The notes beneath the pieces are model-generated. The model worked only from the letters and a program-made list of their open reading frames with translations, was not told the origin of the DNA and did not search any database. The translations under genes and the position numbers were made by a program. From the NCBI GenBank assembly GCA_009914755.4, contig CP068257.2, forward strand, positions 36,864,001 through 36,928,000: 64,000 nt of DNA. The letters are read 5' to 3'. This document shows positions 1 through 16,400 of this stretch, piece by piece. The stretch is from the human T2T-CHM13v2.0 reference genome, Homo sapiens. Position 1 is the stretch's first letter; every line of letters begins with the position of its first letter.

Positions 1-29
<29 letters not shown>
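1..29. repeat. poly(T) run at the window edge; possibly the A-tail of a minus-strand retroelement or retrocopy whose body lies to the right
   Basis: 29 consecutive T at positions 1-29. The sequence downstream matches no repeat consensus I recognise. Confidence 0.5.
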
Positions 30-31
<2 letters not shown>

Positions 32-1627
32 CTTATAGAGTTAGGTCAATTTCCAAAAGTGCTGGAGTTTATGCCAAGAATTAAGTGACTCCCTGGTTGC
101 AGTGGCCAAATAGCCTGAAATTTTCAAAGTAATACTAATTTTGCAAAACTTTTCATGTAAACTCCTTTGCCTGACCATGCCCTAATTTTTGTGATTAGGA
201 AAATCTGGCTCTTATCCCACTGGAGGAAAAGTGTCTAGTTCATATTCTAATGGAAATCATCACTTGGGAGGTGTTTTGACAAACATCTCTCAGTTTTGTT
301 TAAAAATTATGTTAGAAATTAAGAAAAATAACGAATGGAAAACAAAATCTAATTTTTGGTATATTTTCCTGCTAACATTTGTGGGCAAATTAGTTAAATT
401 ATGATTGTTTCATGCATACTTACTCCTCCAACAGCATCCTAGCTCTCTTAGGAGTTCCTTTTAATTATCCTAAAAACAGTTAAGAGTATACTGAGCCAAA
501 ATATAATTAGGTTGAGAAACAATGAACTCCTAAATGACCAATCAAGTTTTTTCCAACATTTTAATTCTCAAATAAAGGTCATTTCCTTTTATTTGACTCC
601 TTAAAAACTAGATTATAGTTCTTCTAGGAGAGGAACCAAGTCAGATTTCTTTTAATCACATACATTGCCAAATGCATGCTTTACTCAGGGAAAGATTTCA
701 ATATGCATCATTTATTCATGCATTCATTCATTCAGGAAACAGAGTAGCACTTTACATGCGGACGCTGTGGAAACAATGGTGATATGAATTCTTAAATGAT
801 TAAAGAAACAGTCCACTAAAAATCTTATCAAGATAATAGAATACTTCAGATTTTATGAAAGATTACATTTTCATTGGCCTATATATAATGTTTTAACCAG
901 TAAGGCTCACTAAGTTAAATAATATGCTGGATAATCTTAAATTTACAGAAGGGTTTTCAGTTTTACTATTTGGCTTAGATAAGCTGGTAGTTACTTGCTA
1001 AAATTAATCTTTATTATAAAGCAGATCATCTTGAAACTGAATACAAAAACAAACGTAGCTATTATTGAAAATGTTATGCTATCTCATATCCATTAGAGAT
1101 GTTATTTATATAATAAGTACTGTGTTGTAATTTGCCTGATTCCAATGAATACAGAAACCCTCAGTGTGAATCAATATACTAGACACCAGCAGACATATTT
1201 AAAAGATTGCTACAGTTTCACTGACATTTCAAAGAGGTGACTGTAGTAACAAAAGAAGAAAAATGAATAGTCCCTATCATAGCACATTAATACAACTTGT
1301 CACTAGTTCATGTCCAGAAAGACTTATTATATAATAGATTGTCAAAGTCGAATATTTCAATGACCCAATGCAAATCCTGGATAAATGCTGGTAGGTGTTG
1401 CTGCTCAATAAAAATGAAAGTGGTGTTTGGTTTTGCTCATCAAGGCAAGTGTCATGTAGCAAAATGCAGGCTATGGGTTGCCTGGAAACTGTATTCCTGC
1501 TTTTAATTTACAAGTGAAACATTCCCATCCATGGCCTGGAAGGGACCATCATGTACTCGGCAGCACTCATTAGATTCTGGGCAGCCCCCGGTCATCTGAC
1601 CTTCCCAAACATAGGGAAAGGACGTGG

Positions 1628-2862
<1,235 letters not shown>

Positions 2863-2903
2863 CATAGTTCAAACCACTCTTTTGGAAAAGTATGGATTTG
2901 TTA

Positions 2904-3306
<403 letters not shown>

Positions 3307-3535
3307 CAGCAATTCTTTGTGATTTTAATATAGGGTGCCAGCCACATCACTGATTCATGCACTCACTCATGCATTTGTCATGCAGGAAGTTATTTATTCA
3401 TTTATGAAATGGACATTTACTGATAGCCTGCTTTTTAATAGGCACCATCAGCATGACTGAAAGGTTACATGACAACAGCCACAGAACTTAAGGCATAGAA
3501 CTTTAACAACACACGTTTTGAGTTACTGGTCTTGA

Positions 3536-3679
3536 CGCCTGGCTAATTTTTTGTATTTTAGTAGAGATGGGGTTTCACTGTGTTGCCCAGGCTGGTCGTG
3601 AACTCCTGAGCTCAGACAATCCACCCGCCTCAACCTCCCAAAGTGCTGCAATTACATGTGTGAGCCACCGCGCCCGGTC
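3536..3679 (-). mobile_element. Partial Alu (left monomer only)
   Basis: 'ggctaattttttgtattttagtagagatggggtttcactgtgttgcccaggctggtcgtgaactcctgagctcagacaatccacccgcctcaacctcccaaagtgctgcaattacatgtgtgagccaccgcgcccggtc' is the reverse complement of the Alu left arm. Confidence 0.9.
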
Positions 3680-4861
3680 GGGGTTCTATAGATTCTTAAT
3701 CATGATTAACCAGCAATATGATAATTCAATAGATCCCTGCTCACCTCCCCTAAAGAATGTGCCACTCTAAGTAGTTGGTTCAAAATAGCTTGACTTTTTA
3801 ACCTCTAGATCCACTCCAGAGAACAGTGGTCTCTCCCCATTGCACAAACACATTCATTTATTTAACAGCATCACCCAAAGCATAAGAATGGGAGGAAACA
3901 ATGAACGTCCTTCATTTCTCCAACTTTAAATTATCAAAACTACTGATTTTCTGGGCTCACAAAAATGCAGTTGAGTTCAGCTGTTGAAAGTTTGGTTAAC
4001 ATGTCAGTTGAGCCACCAAATGGAATAACAGTTGTAACTCTCTTATGTTTTCTCTACTGTCCTCAAAGGAATAGCATGAGAACAAAGCAATTAGCATACA
4101 TTCAGGAGTTGCATAATGATGTTTTGGACAATGACAGACTGCAGATAGGACGAGGGTACCATAAGATTATAATGGAGCTGAAAAATCTCTATGGCCTAGT
4201 GACATACAGCTGTAGTAACACTGTAGCACAATGCATTTCTCACATGTTTTTGGTGGTGCTGGTGTACAAACCTACTGTGTTGCCAGTTGTATAAAGTATA
4301 GCACATACAATTCTGTACAGTACATAATAGTTGATAATGATAATAGTTGACTATGTTATTGGTTTACATATTTACTATACCATACTTTTCATCATTATTT
4401 TAGAGTGTACTTTTTCTATTTCCAAAAAAAAAAAAAGTTAATTGTAAAACAGCCTCAGGCAGGTCCTTCAAGAAGGATTCCACAATAAGGCACTGTTATC
4501 GTAGGAGATGACAGCTCCACACAGATTATTGTCCCTGCAGACCTTCCAGTGGCACAGGGACAAGATGTAGAGATGAAAAACAGTGATATTGATGATCCTG
4601 ACCCTGTGTAGACCTACGCTAATGTATGTGTTTGTGTCTTAGTTTTTAATAAAAAGTTTAGAAAGTTAAAAAAAAAATAGAACAAAGCTTATTGAGTAAG
4701 GATATAAAGAATGAAAATATTTCTGTACAACTGAACCACGTATTTGTGTTTCAAGCTAAGTGAGTACAAAAGAGTCAAAAAGTTTAAAAAATTAATAAGT
4801 AAAAAAAGTTATAGTAATCTAATATGAATTTACTATTGAAGAAATGTTTTAATAAATTTAG

Positions 4862-5173
<312 letters not shown>

Positions 5174-5220
5174 AATATACAGTGTTTATAAGTCTACAGT
5201 AGTAGATAGTGATGTCCTAG

Positions 5221-5648
<428 letters not shown>

Positions 5649-6147
5649 TCTACTGCATTATTACTATACCTTTCCCACATTTTGATACATAAAAACCATT
5701 GTGTTAAGTGTCACAATTGCCTACAGTATTCAGCCTGGTCACATGCTGCACAGGTTTGTAGCCTAGGAGCACAGGCTACACTTATAGCCTGTAGCCTACG
5801 TGTGCAGCCGGCTATGCCATGTACATTTGTGTAAGTGCTCTTTGTGATGTTTGCACGATGAAATCATCTAACAACTCATTTCTCAGAACTGACCGGGCAT
5901 GGTGATGCATGACTGTGTAGGGAAATACTTTCACCCCTTTAGAAGAAGCTATAAATAACCAGGTATAAATGCAGGATTCCTTTCCAAAGACAAATACTGG
6001 AAACAAACACAATCAAGGAAGATAATTGATTACTTCAAAAAAACAATTGAGATATGAGAGTAAATTAAATAAGAAGACTGTGACTAGGATAAGTAACCAA
6101 TAACAGCCCATAACAGCTAACATTATTATTATTGTTGTTATTATTAT

Positions 6148-6263
6148 GAGATGAGGTATTTTGCCAGGTTGCCCAGGCTGACCTCAGATACTGAGGCTCA
6201 AGAGATCCTTTGCTTTGGCTTCCCGAGAAGCTGAAACTACAGGCAGCTGCCAGCATGCCTGGT
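6148..6263 (-). mobile_element. Diverged Alu-monomer-like element (FLAM/FRAM-like), preceded by an (ATT)n tract at 6122-6147
   Basis: 'gagatgaggtattttgccaggttgcccaggctgacctcagatactgaggctcaagagatcctttgctttggcttcccgagaagctgaaactacaggcagctgccagcatgcctggtc' aligns to the reverse complement of the Alu left monomer at roughly 75% identity. Confidence 0.7.
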
Positions 6264-7534
6264 CTGCAATTTACATCTTTTGTACACTACAGCACGTTAC
6301 TGTTCAAAGCACATACAAGTATTAAGCTGCTTAATCCTTGCAACACTACCAAGAAGTAGGAGTTATTATCATGACTGACTCTCTTCTACAGATGGGGAAA
6401 CGAGGCACAGGGAAGTGAAAGGCGTGGTGGGACAGGGACCTGCGGTCTGGATCTGCTTCATATAGAGAAACTGGGTTCTTAAGAAGGAAAATGGGCCTTA
6501 ATTTCTAAATCGTAACAAGTTCAGCCCTCACTCCTCTTTTTTTTTTTTTTTCACTATCCTGGAAAAAAAAAAAGAAGTGGATAGAAAGGTACTAATAACA
6601 ATGAGTTTAATTTCTCAAATTTTATTATTCTTTAAAAAGGATACATTGGTACAGGAGTAAAGACAAAAAAAATCAAAAAAGAGTCGAGTATTCAAAGACC
6701 CTTGATGGTGTAACATCAATTATTTTAATTTTGTTTTTAAAATTTTTATTTTCTAAACTCCTATAATAATTGTTTTTCAAATGGGGAAAAAGAACGAAGT
6801 TTTTATTACTGCCTTTCTTTCTACAATATATTATTCAATGGAGATACTGAACCTGTATTTGCTACAGGCTAAAGAAAATAAAATAAAACAATCCCTAGCC
6901 AGGCAAGGGAGATTTTCAGAGAGGATGCCAACAGGGTCCTATCCCATCAGGCATCCATGACAAATCTGTCTGCTGTCTGGTCCTGTAGCATCACCCAAAT
7001 GTGGTTCAGGCAGCACTGGAAACAATACAGACTCAGGAGATCAGGGAAGTCATTTTGCAAAGAAGCAGAAGTGTCAGGAGGTAGCACCTGTAAGGATGAA
7101 TGCTGGAGCTGTCTCATGGAGTTTCACAGAAAGGTAACAAGCTGCACAATGACTGTCTAGGGGCAACAGATACATAGGAGGAAAGCAGTCTTCATTCAAA
7201 CAGGATACTGAGATTGACATAGTGTGTCTTCCAACAAGATAAGCAAAAGTATGTGAAGAAATGAGTCCCTAAAGGAAAATATCTCTTTGGGCAATTTCAC
7301 TTCAATTCAATTTCATGTTAAATACAAAATACATATATTGAATATGTGGATAAAATCACTAGAATATATTCGTGCAATAACATCTACGTGAGACATGACA
7401 GCATCTCACCATGTCTGGCAGTCTCTCGGGGTCAAATGCAATCTCTGCCCCCCACCTGGCAGTCATCGGCACTTATGGAATAGGCCAGGCAGAAGGCTCT
7501 GTTAGATACTGCCTTCTTCCCTTCGCAATGCACT

Positions 7535-7618
7535 GTCCCAGACTTCCTGGGGTGAGAGAAGTGATTGTCTATGAGAGCTAGCTTGGAGTGAATGAAAACA
7601 GCATTTAAGAGGCTCAGC
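7535..7618 (+). repeat. Copy A of an unclassified ~90-100 bp local direct repeat
   Basis: 'gtcccagacttcctggggtgagagaagtgattgtctatgagagctagcttggagtgaatgaaaacagcatttaagaggctcag' matches 9190-9291 at roughly 88% identity apart from one ~19-bp indel. Confidence 0.6.
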
Positions 7619-9189
7619 ATTTTCTGATCGCCAAAGGGGGTACCCTTCAACATGAGGTGACCCAGCAATGATTGGCTGCTGAGTTCTTTGAGTATTTTAG
7701 GGACCTGCAGGAGATCTGGGTGGAGCTGTGGGTTTCCGTGTGTACAGTGTGTAAACATCACCCTTTGGTGCTTCGCCAGTGCTTAAGGGGCTCCCAGGTG
7801 CTATTTATTTTGTTTAGTTTATTGTTCAGTGTTATTGTTTGTTGACTTGATCTATTTTTTTTTCTCCTACAAAGGGGCCAGTCTGCAAGGACACATCCTG
7901 TAGATGGCTAATTGATGATGCCCTATTGTTTAGTGTGTGTGCACTGTGGTTTTATTTGCTTCGGTTCAAAGGGCCTAAACAATGCATTCGTTGGAATTTA
8001 GTAACTGCTGTAAAATCAGCACAGAGAACAATCTGTGAGCTGATATTTTTTGTACCCAAATCTGGTAATCTCTGCTTGACTAAAGAAAGCAAAATCTAAA
8101 ATGACCTTTCAACTAACCATAGAAAAGGCCTTCCATTGAATCTCAAAGAGACTTATTTTTCTACCAAATATAAAAACATTCGAATTATGCATCATTTTCC
8201 ATGATTCAAAGGAGACAGAGGTGCCTACGGGGCATGTTACTCATAGACAAGTCTATTCTAGTCTAATCACGTCCCCTTAAAAATCACCGAGTAGATGACA
8301 CCGAGGATGAGAACGAGGTACTGTAATCATTACTTTAGAAACTTTATATTTTTACCTGTTTCAAGACAGAATTCTCCTAGAAAATCTGGAGCAACAAGCT
8401 TATTCCCCTTGGAGAGGAGATAACGAATAATGGACCACGCATTCGGAGAGAGGAAGTTTCCACTGGGAGCCCTTCCTGCATCAGTGCGTCTCTGGTTGGG
8501 CTGGCTATCTGTGTAGGAAGTGAACGCAGGAAGTATCTGTCTACAAACCCTTTATCCTCAAGGTAATTGCTGTAGCAGCATTTTACTGTTTACCAAAGCA
8601 GTAAACATGTGATCTAAAAAAAGATGTTTTCCATCTCCAGAAGAACAAGGCTTTAAAAAATGTATACATGTGCTTATTTTGTAACCAGCTTATCAAAATT
8701 GGTTACAATAGGCTTGGGCTTTCAACAGTGAGTCCATGAAAACAGCTCTTGGGATGGACAGAGGTACCCTCACAGGGATGCACAAGAAACAAAGAAGTGG
8801 CTTCCTTCACTAGAATGCTATCCTAGCAACACACATTTTATGTCTTTTCTCCTAAGACCGGCTTAACCGAGTTCATACTGTTTGGCTTACAAAGAAGGTA
8901 AAGTCAACAAAACTATCTATGTTAATTCAGGTTGGTAGAATGAGTAATTCACAAAGTCCAATAACTCATAAAAGTCACTTACATTTGGCCTTGGACAATA
9001 TTCTTATTTTTACGTGACTATAAATATGCTTCCAGTTTAGGAGTTCACACAAGACAAAGTGAAAAGTTAGAACTCAAAAGGAGATGTGTAGTGGCTGCTT
9101 TTGCTGACTTTTGCCTGGCGTAGGCCAAGCCTCCTGGTCCGTCTTTTCCTTTGTTTCTTTATTCCAGATCAAGCTTGCAAACCTGCACC

Positions 9190-9291
9190 GTCCCAGATTT
9201 CCTGGGGTAAGAGAAGTGATTGTCTAGGAGAGGCAGCTTGGAATGAATAAAAACAGGTCCAGGAAGGATCCCTCAGCATTTAAGAGGCTCA
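9190..9291 (+). repeat. Copy B of the same local direct repeat
   Basis: 'gtcccagatttcctggggtaagagaagtgattgtctaggagaggcagcttggaatgaataaaaacag[gtccaggaaggatccctca]gcatttaagaggctcag'. It has the same orientation as copy A and lies 1.65 kb downstream. Confidence 0.6.
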
Positions 9292-11469
9292 GGAGGGGTC
9301 CCCCTCATCATCCTTGTTGTCCTTTGTGTTTTTCAAGCCGCCTTCCAGGTGGATAGCGATTGCAATGAGAGAGAAAGAGTATGGAAGGAGAATAAGAAGA
9401 ATAGGGAGACACAGAAGTTAACAACGCCCTGAATGTCTCCTTCCAGGACCTGCTGTGCAGTGTCCGGTGAACTCACCAGCAAGCATTTCCCAGCCCTGTT
9501 TTAAGCAATCTCCAATGCAGATCAGGTGCTCGTGAATAATTGGGAGCTCACTGTGTCTGTCAGAGTTCTTACTTTATAATGAAGAGATAAAAACATGTTC
9601 ATCACAGGAAAATGGACAAATTGGCTAATTGAAAACAAAATTCAATTCACAAACTGTTGTAGAAATTGAAAAAAAAAAGGTAGGGGGAAATGCTTTTCAT
9701 AGATTCCCTGATTTTAGTCTTAGAAGAAAAATGTATTTGGCTTGAATGAATAGTAAAATTAACTAACTTTGATTGAGGAGCTTATGTGTGCCATATACAG
9801 TTCTGGGCTCTTGCGACTTGGTGAATCTCACTATAACCCTGTGAAGTAGGAACTATCACTCTACCCATTTCACCGATGGAAAAGCCTATCTCCTGTGAGG
9901 CTGTGGCTTGCCAAAGGTGAAATGGCCAGGAAGTAGAACAGCCAGGGAGTGAACCCCAAAAGCCAGGTGGGAGCCCATTTCCCCTGCCCACTGCACGAGA
10001 CCCCTCCCCGGTTTGAAGATCCGATAGGGGCACTGCTGTTAGCTCCCCCTGCGTCCTGGCAGCAGCACAGTCAGCAGATGGTCACTGTGGAGAAGGCGGA
10101 GCTGACCACCTCCATTTTCCTATAAGGGAGCTAGGGCCAGGAGAGGTGCGTTCACCTGGGGAAGTCCTGCAGCATCAAACTAAAGCTCCGGGCCACCCTC
10201 TCCCAGATGGGCCTCTTTCCACTTCCCCTTGCCAGCAGCTATATCTATGCCTCCCATCCGTTGCACGGAAGATAAGGCCAATCCCTTTTCCACAGAGGCT
10301 ATTTTAAGGATGCCACGAAGAAATACAGAGTACCAAGTGCCTCCCTGGGCCAAAGATAAAAGTGGGCTGTGCTCTCTGGATTCAACCTTCATGTTTTTGA
10401 TGCTCTCTGGAAGGTCAGGGAAGGCACACATATCGTATGGATCCAAAGAGGACTACGCAATGCAAAACCACATACTTTTTTTTTCTTTTTAACTTGGAGC
10501 AATGTCTTGGGACATCTACCTCAAATTGAGACACAAACTAATTGTGTTGACAGATTCTAAAGTGTTGTTTCAACAGTTTCTTCTTCCTCAAAGGTGAGCA
10601 TCATGTGCACACTGTCAAAATTAAAAAAAAAAAAAAAAGACCCAATAAAACCCGATGAAACCCAAAGAGCATGGAGATGAGAAACTCACTGCTGGCTGAC
10701 GATCTGAATGAATGGCCTTGGGGGGAATGTGAATGTGGAGGTAGCAGAAGGGTCCTGTCTTCAGTGCTGATTCTGTATCAATACTTGGTAAATTTAAAAA
10801 ACAAAAAAACCAGCAAGGGAGATTTTAAATCATCAAGGCAGAAGGATTTAAAAAGTGGAATGTGTTAAATGCAAGAGTGCGGGATCTTTGCATAAAGTTA
10901 TTATATTTTCAAAAATTCGACAAGCATTGTTTTTACCAAACGTGTTTAAAGTAACAGCCCTGAGGTTAATGTTATGATTGGATTCTGATGTGGCACTTTA
11001 AAAATAAATCATTTTGCTTGGCCTTAGCATTTCTTTTCAAAATGTCTCTGTACTTATCTGTGTACAACAGCAGATTACCGTTCTTCCCAGAGTTTAATTC
11101 CATGAACACCCTGCTGAAAGACTTGTTAAGGCCTTATGGAAAACTCTGACCTGCGTGTTCATTATTGACGCCCAAGACGAGTGCAAGGAAGTTGATACTT
11201 GGGATGAGGAAATTTAAATCAGCAGCTGATCTGGAATCTGGAAGCACTGCCCCTTGGATCTCGCCAAATATGGAAAGAATTCTTGTCACTGAGCAAATAT
11301 AGAATTCAGTGCTAGAGTTTTACCTCTTGAATTTTCTAGAACTTTGTTTTGATTAGCCACCTAGAGTATAAGAATTGCTGTTTCTCTGCACAGTAATTCA
11401 CTATGTACAGCTAGGGTGAATAGCAGGAAAAAAGAGATCAGATGATAAAGAGAAGGGAGACAGATTTGT

Positions 11470-11615
11470 GTGACTTGTATAAGATACTTCGCCTCTCTAA
11501 TCCTTTGTCCTTATCTGTAAGAAAGCAGCAGTACCCAGGCTGCTGTGAGGATCACATGAGACATTATGAGAGTTTAGCACAGGACTTGGCACATAACAAG
11601 CAGTTATTAGGATGA
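11470..11615 (+). mobile_element. MIR (mammalian-wide interspersed repeat) fragment
   Basis: 'cctctctaatcctttgtccttatctgtaagaaagcagcagtacccaggctgctgtgaggatcacatgagacattatgagagtttagcacaggacttggcacataacaagcagttattagg' matches the MIR consensus ('...tcatctgtaaaatgggg...tgtgaggattaaatgagataat...gcttagcacagtgcctggcacatagtaagcgctcaataa'). Confidence 0.7.
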
Positions 11616-13329
11616 TGTTAGTTTGGATTATGAATTCAAGATACTACAGCTACATTTTTTATACTTTCTTAAACATCAATTTAAGTCAATTTTAATTAAC
11701 GTTATTTTACTAGGAGAAATGTCTCTAAAAACATAAGAATTCTATTTGAAGTCTACAATGATAATTACATTACTCTGATATCTTAACTTCCTCTTTATGA
11801 TTTCAAATAATTAAAATTTAAGTTTATGTTTTCAACAAGTGCTTATTGAACCTCTACTCTTTGCCAGTCACTGTTGAGGACACAGAAGAAATGGATAAGA
11901 TATCACTAAAAACAGCTTCTGCGATATCAGTGGGTATACATAAATTATTCACACTCAACAACAAACACAAGCAAAGCTGGGAGAATGTGCTGACAGGAAA
12001 GAAAATGAAGAGTGGGAGAGTGGACAGATGGGAATCGATGTGAAATTTTATAAAACATGTCTTGGCCAAGCTCAGTAGGGGAAATATGTGGAAAGTAAGC
12101 TAGACCAAACAGGGAATAAAAGTATAAATAAGAAAAAAAATCCAGAGGTCACAGTGGACCACTAGCCAAAATGGGTTCACAGCAAACAAACAAAAAAATG
12201 TAATGAAATACTAAAATTAAAGAAGTACAAATAAAAATGAGATTCTGTTCTTATCTGTCAGAATGGCAAAGATTCAAAGAGTAAAATATTCAGAGTTGTT
12301 ATGGGTGTAGTGTGGAACTGGTCTCATATGTGGCTAGAAAAAGGGAGAACTGGTATAATCCTTCCAGAGAATAATCTGGTAATTATTTTTTAAATTGGCA
12401 AATATTTAAATTTGGCAAAGACTTAAAAAATATATATACCCATTGGCTCAATAATTCCTTTCTAGGCACCAATACTAATAAAAAGTATTCAAAAAATTAA
12501 ATAGATGGTGTACTGCAATATAATGAGTGAAACATCGCAAGCAGCATCACTTTATACACTAGGATATTGGTTATAAAATGGTAATACATATTTTAGATAG
12601 AATATAATGAAACAAAAATTTTGCTTATCAAAAAATGTTAGTAACATGGGAAAATGCTTGTAAAACAATGCTAACTGAGAAGAGCAGGACAGGTAGGTAG
12701 ATACAAGGCCAAACAGATACACACGGTGGAGAGACATATCCCAATTGTTAGGAATTTGCTGTGGTTGGTTAGGATCTGAACAATTTATATTGACTTTGTG
12801 ATGACTTTTAAACGTTTTCTCTACCATAAGAATTTTTTATGTTTATAATTTATGCTAAAGAACAAGATGTATTTTTTGTAATTCAGGAGTAAAGAGGAGA
12901 GTGGGGTATTCCAGGGTGCTGTTCCTGCCCTAACCAGGAGCACGATGCAGTCATAGGCCTCTGCCCTCCTCCAGCAGCCTCGGCTCAGAACAGGACGAAG
13001 CCAACCCTCTCTGACCAGCACCACCTCGGGCGACCCCTGGACGCTCCACCTGCCCCTGTGTGTGGTACCTGCCCTGCTACACCTTTAACAAGCACCCCTG
13101 CAAGCTCCCTCCTCCTTCCTTCCCTGTCCTGTGGCTGCCCAGACCCAGATGTACCCTGCCTGGGTGTGGGAGGCCGCACATCAGAGCAGTCTATGGCTGT
13201 GGGCTTCACAGCTGAAGCTGGGCCGTGGGAAATGTTGAGACGAGTGAGTGCAGAGCCTGAAAGACAATACGGTAGAAAAGGTTACATCCGCGGGGGGGCG
13301 TCTGATGGCATCTGCCATTTATTGAGGAT

Positions 13330-13440
13330 GGGTGCGAGACAGGGTAGCCATTATGATCCCATTTTACAGGTGACGAAACTGAGATCAGACAGGCTAGCTA
13401 CCTTGCCCAGGGTCACAACAGGAAGGAAGCAAATGCAAGT
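13330..13440 (+). mobile_element. MIR core fragment
   Basis: 'cccattttacaggtgacgaaactgagatcagacaggctagctaccttgcccagggtcacaacaggaagg' matches the MIR core ('attttacagatgaggaaactgaggctcagagaggttaagtgacttgcccaaggtcacaca'). Confidence 0.7.
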
Positions 13441-16400
13441 GTGTCTGCGGCCACGTAAGGTGAGAGAAGCGCTATCAGGGGTGGTCTGACAGAATCCCCA
13501 GGCCAGGGAGCAGTTGTCCTCTATCCTGTGGGGTCAAAGGAGGGGACAAGAAGGCTCTCCTTGAGGTAGCTCCAAAGAAAAGACCCCGCCAGAGCACAGT
13601 GTGCTACCAAACGCTGGAACAGCCTGGAGACTGTCCCTGTCTCTTCTCTGAGGTTTCTCATTTCAGAGAAACTCTCATCCGTCTGGCTTCCCCATGGCCC
13701 TTACTCTGTGATTCTCTTATGTATCAGCTGTTAAACCAATAAATCCGCCAAATTGTTGGGATGCCTATAATGGCTTTGGGTCTCCACTCCCACAGAGGGA
13801 ATCTTATTCTAAAGTTCTAAATGTATCAGTCATATTTTCCTGAAGACAACAGAAATGGTTGTTTCATTTACTTATTTTTATGTATGCTTTTTCAAGAGTT
13901 GTTAACCTGTGTTTGTGTTTAAATAAAGATCTGTTTTGCAAAACAAAAACTTTATGAGATAATCACTTATAAACGTAGATAATTAAGAAATGGTTCAGGC
14001 TCAGCACATTGTCTGAGAGCATTGCAGTCCTGCACTGTATTTCATGGGGGAAGAAAAGCCCACAGATGGAGCCATTCTCAATCCTGCTTTCCAGGGTCAC
14101 TGAGTCAGGGTGCCTGGCATGCATGGGTGCATGCACACACAGGCAGAGGGCCAGGGAGAACTGTGCTGTGTCCACAGAGGGCAGCCTGGATCACAGAGCT
14201 GACCAAGAACGGAAGCAGCAAGTTGTTTTAAAGTAGTTGCCTGTAAAGCCACTTTTCGGCAAGGACAAACACTCAGAGCATGCTCTGAAATGACTTATGC
14301 ACAGCAGGGCAGCGGCATTTTGCCCCTGGCCTTCCTTCCATTCTCCCGGAATCCCCCTAAAGTAACAAGGACTGACGCAATTCGTATTTCACTTAGCCAA
14401 CAGGTTGATGAAAAATCATAAATCTGTAGCTATTAAACTCATTAATCACATCCATCAAAATTCTGTGAGGAGTTAACTTTCTTCATATAACTCTTAGTCT
14501 TAATTAAGTTTCCCTCACATGTGATAGCAAACGTTCAAGAAGTGCAAATGTGCAGACGTGGCGTATATAATGCAAGCTTTATGTCTTTAAATTAATAAAA
14601 TTGAGTCCTATCAGGTCGTGTTTCAATTACCATCAAACCTTCCAACCTCTGTTAATTCAAAAAAAAGTAACTTCTTTAGGCAAGTCATGGAAATAGCACT
14701 AGGGTGCCCTCAGGTCTCCACCAAGCCTTGTTAGTAACTTTCCATGTCCTGTCTGATTTTTAAGATGCTTTCCCCTGATGCTGCTGCCGGCTGCTGGCTC
14801 TCTCCACATCCTTCAATGTCAGATCTCTGTGATGATGGAAAATCCCCCACATTCCCTTTTTACACATTAAGTATCTTTCTAGGATCAGAACTTGCAACCT
14901 GGGGTTCATGTTCTCCTTAAAAGGTCCGGGGAGAGGACTGTATTTCTGTTGTAATTCTATGTATTTCTTTTTAGGCACCAGAAAGTATTATTCTGAGAAA
15001 GGACTGTAGGCTTCACTAGACTTCCCAAATTGCAGATGGCATTAAAAAAAAAGGAATCAGGAAAGTCTTTGGGAAATTAGGCTAAAACTCCTAACTGAAG
15101 CACAATCGAGTTTTCAGTGCAACAGCAGGATCCCTGCAGTCTGTAGCAAACACTGAGATGTTTGTGGGGACAGTGGGGCCGGTGAGGTTCAGCACCTCTC
15201 AATATTGTCAGATGTCACCAATGCCCAAGGGAAGCACCAAAACCAATCAGTGAATTGTCTGCAAACCATCAGCTTTGTTGCTTCCAAGTCTTTACTAGAA
15301 CTCTTAAGCTGATCTTAAAATTCACAGACACTTAGAGATAAATGAACACTCTCACATAAGTTCCCAAAATTCCTTTACTTCTTCCAATTGAAACATTTTG
15401 TTCCCAATTTCAAGTTACCAAGGGAAAATGATGGTAAGAATCACAAAGACTGGATACGAATATTTAGCTTTTCATAGTGTCTCATAGGGTCTTACAAATG
15501 TTAATGCAAAAAAATAAAAACTCCACTCAAATGCAGAAAACCAACTTAAAAAATTCAGAGCATCTGATACCTAATCGACTAATTGATTTATTTACTGAAA
15601 CAACAAAAAAACAGAGTGCATTGAGACTGGAAATTGCCTCTATGGGGGGCTGTTTCCTAATTCCAGTGGACAGCCATCATTTTCCCTATGCTAACTTGGG
15701 CTTTGCGCTAACGTAATTGAAACTGTAGTCAACAGACTCAGGACCTCCTTTTTCCACTCTATAAACAAGGCTGTAAAATCATCTCATTACTTTACCCAGG
15801 AAATCTAACAGAAACATGTCTTAAAGGAAGTCACCTATAAAGAGGGCCTATTTTAACAGAAGATTAAAAAAAAATTCACCTGTAGTCATTCTAAGGGTTC
15901 ACTTGGGTACATACAATAAACACATAATGCAATGTAATAAAATGTTAAATCAAGCATAGTACCTTAGACAAGTGTAAACTATTATTTCCAAAAAAGTGTT
16001 CAGAAAATCACAAAATATTCAAACTTTCAAAATAGCTTCATGTATTCATAAATGTATACTTCAAATTAAACAGTATAACACATTTGGATGTTTTGCAAAA
16101 TGTACCTACCTTCTAAAGGATGGTCTGTTATTTCAATGTCCTTTTTAATGCACTGAGTTTTTTGGGGAAAAAAACCACATAAGATCGTACCCAAGCTATT
16201 CAAGATTTACACAGAATATTTGATTTAACATGCATATGAATAAGGATGAAAATAAGAACAAAAAAATAACATTTTGGGTCACAAAATCAAGTAATTTCTA
16301 TTCATGTAGCTACAAGTAGGGCACATTAACTCTCAATTTTATAATTCCTGTCTATAGGAGCCATATTTCAGCAGATTCCAATCCTTGAAGCCAAAGAAAG

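Noticed and set aside
1-330. Possible processed pseudogene or retroelement defined by the 29-nt poly-T at the window start
   Set aside because: I cannot recognise the downstream sequence as any gene or repeat family, and the window edge cuts the element off. It is kept only as a low-confidence repeat feature.
13058-13489. 143-aa ORF in a relatively GC-rich stretch
   Set aside because: It overlaps a MIR element (13330-13440) and has no Kozak-like context. The composition is Pro/Gly/Arg-rich, typical of GC-rich noncoding sequence. There is no supporting splice signal.
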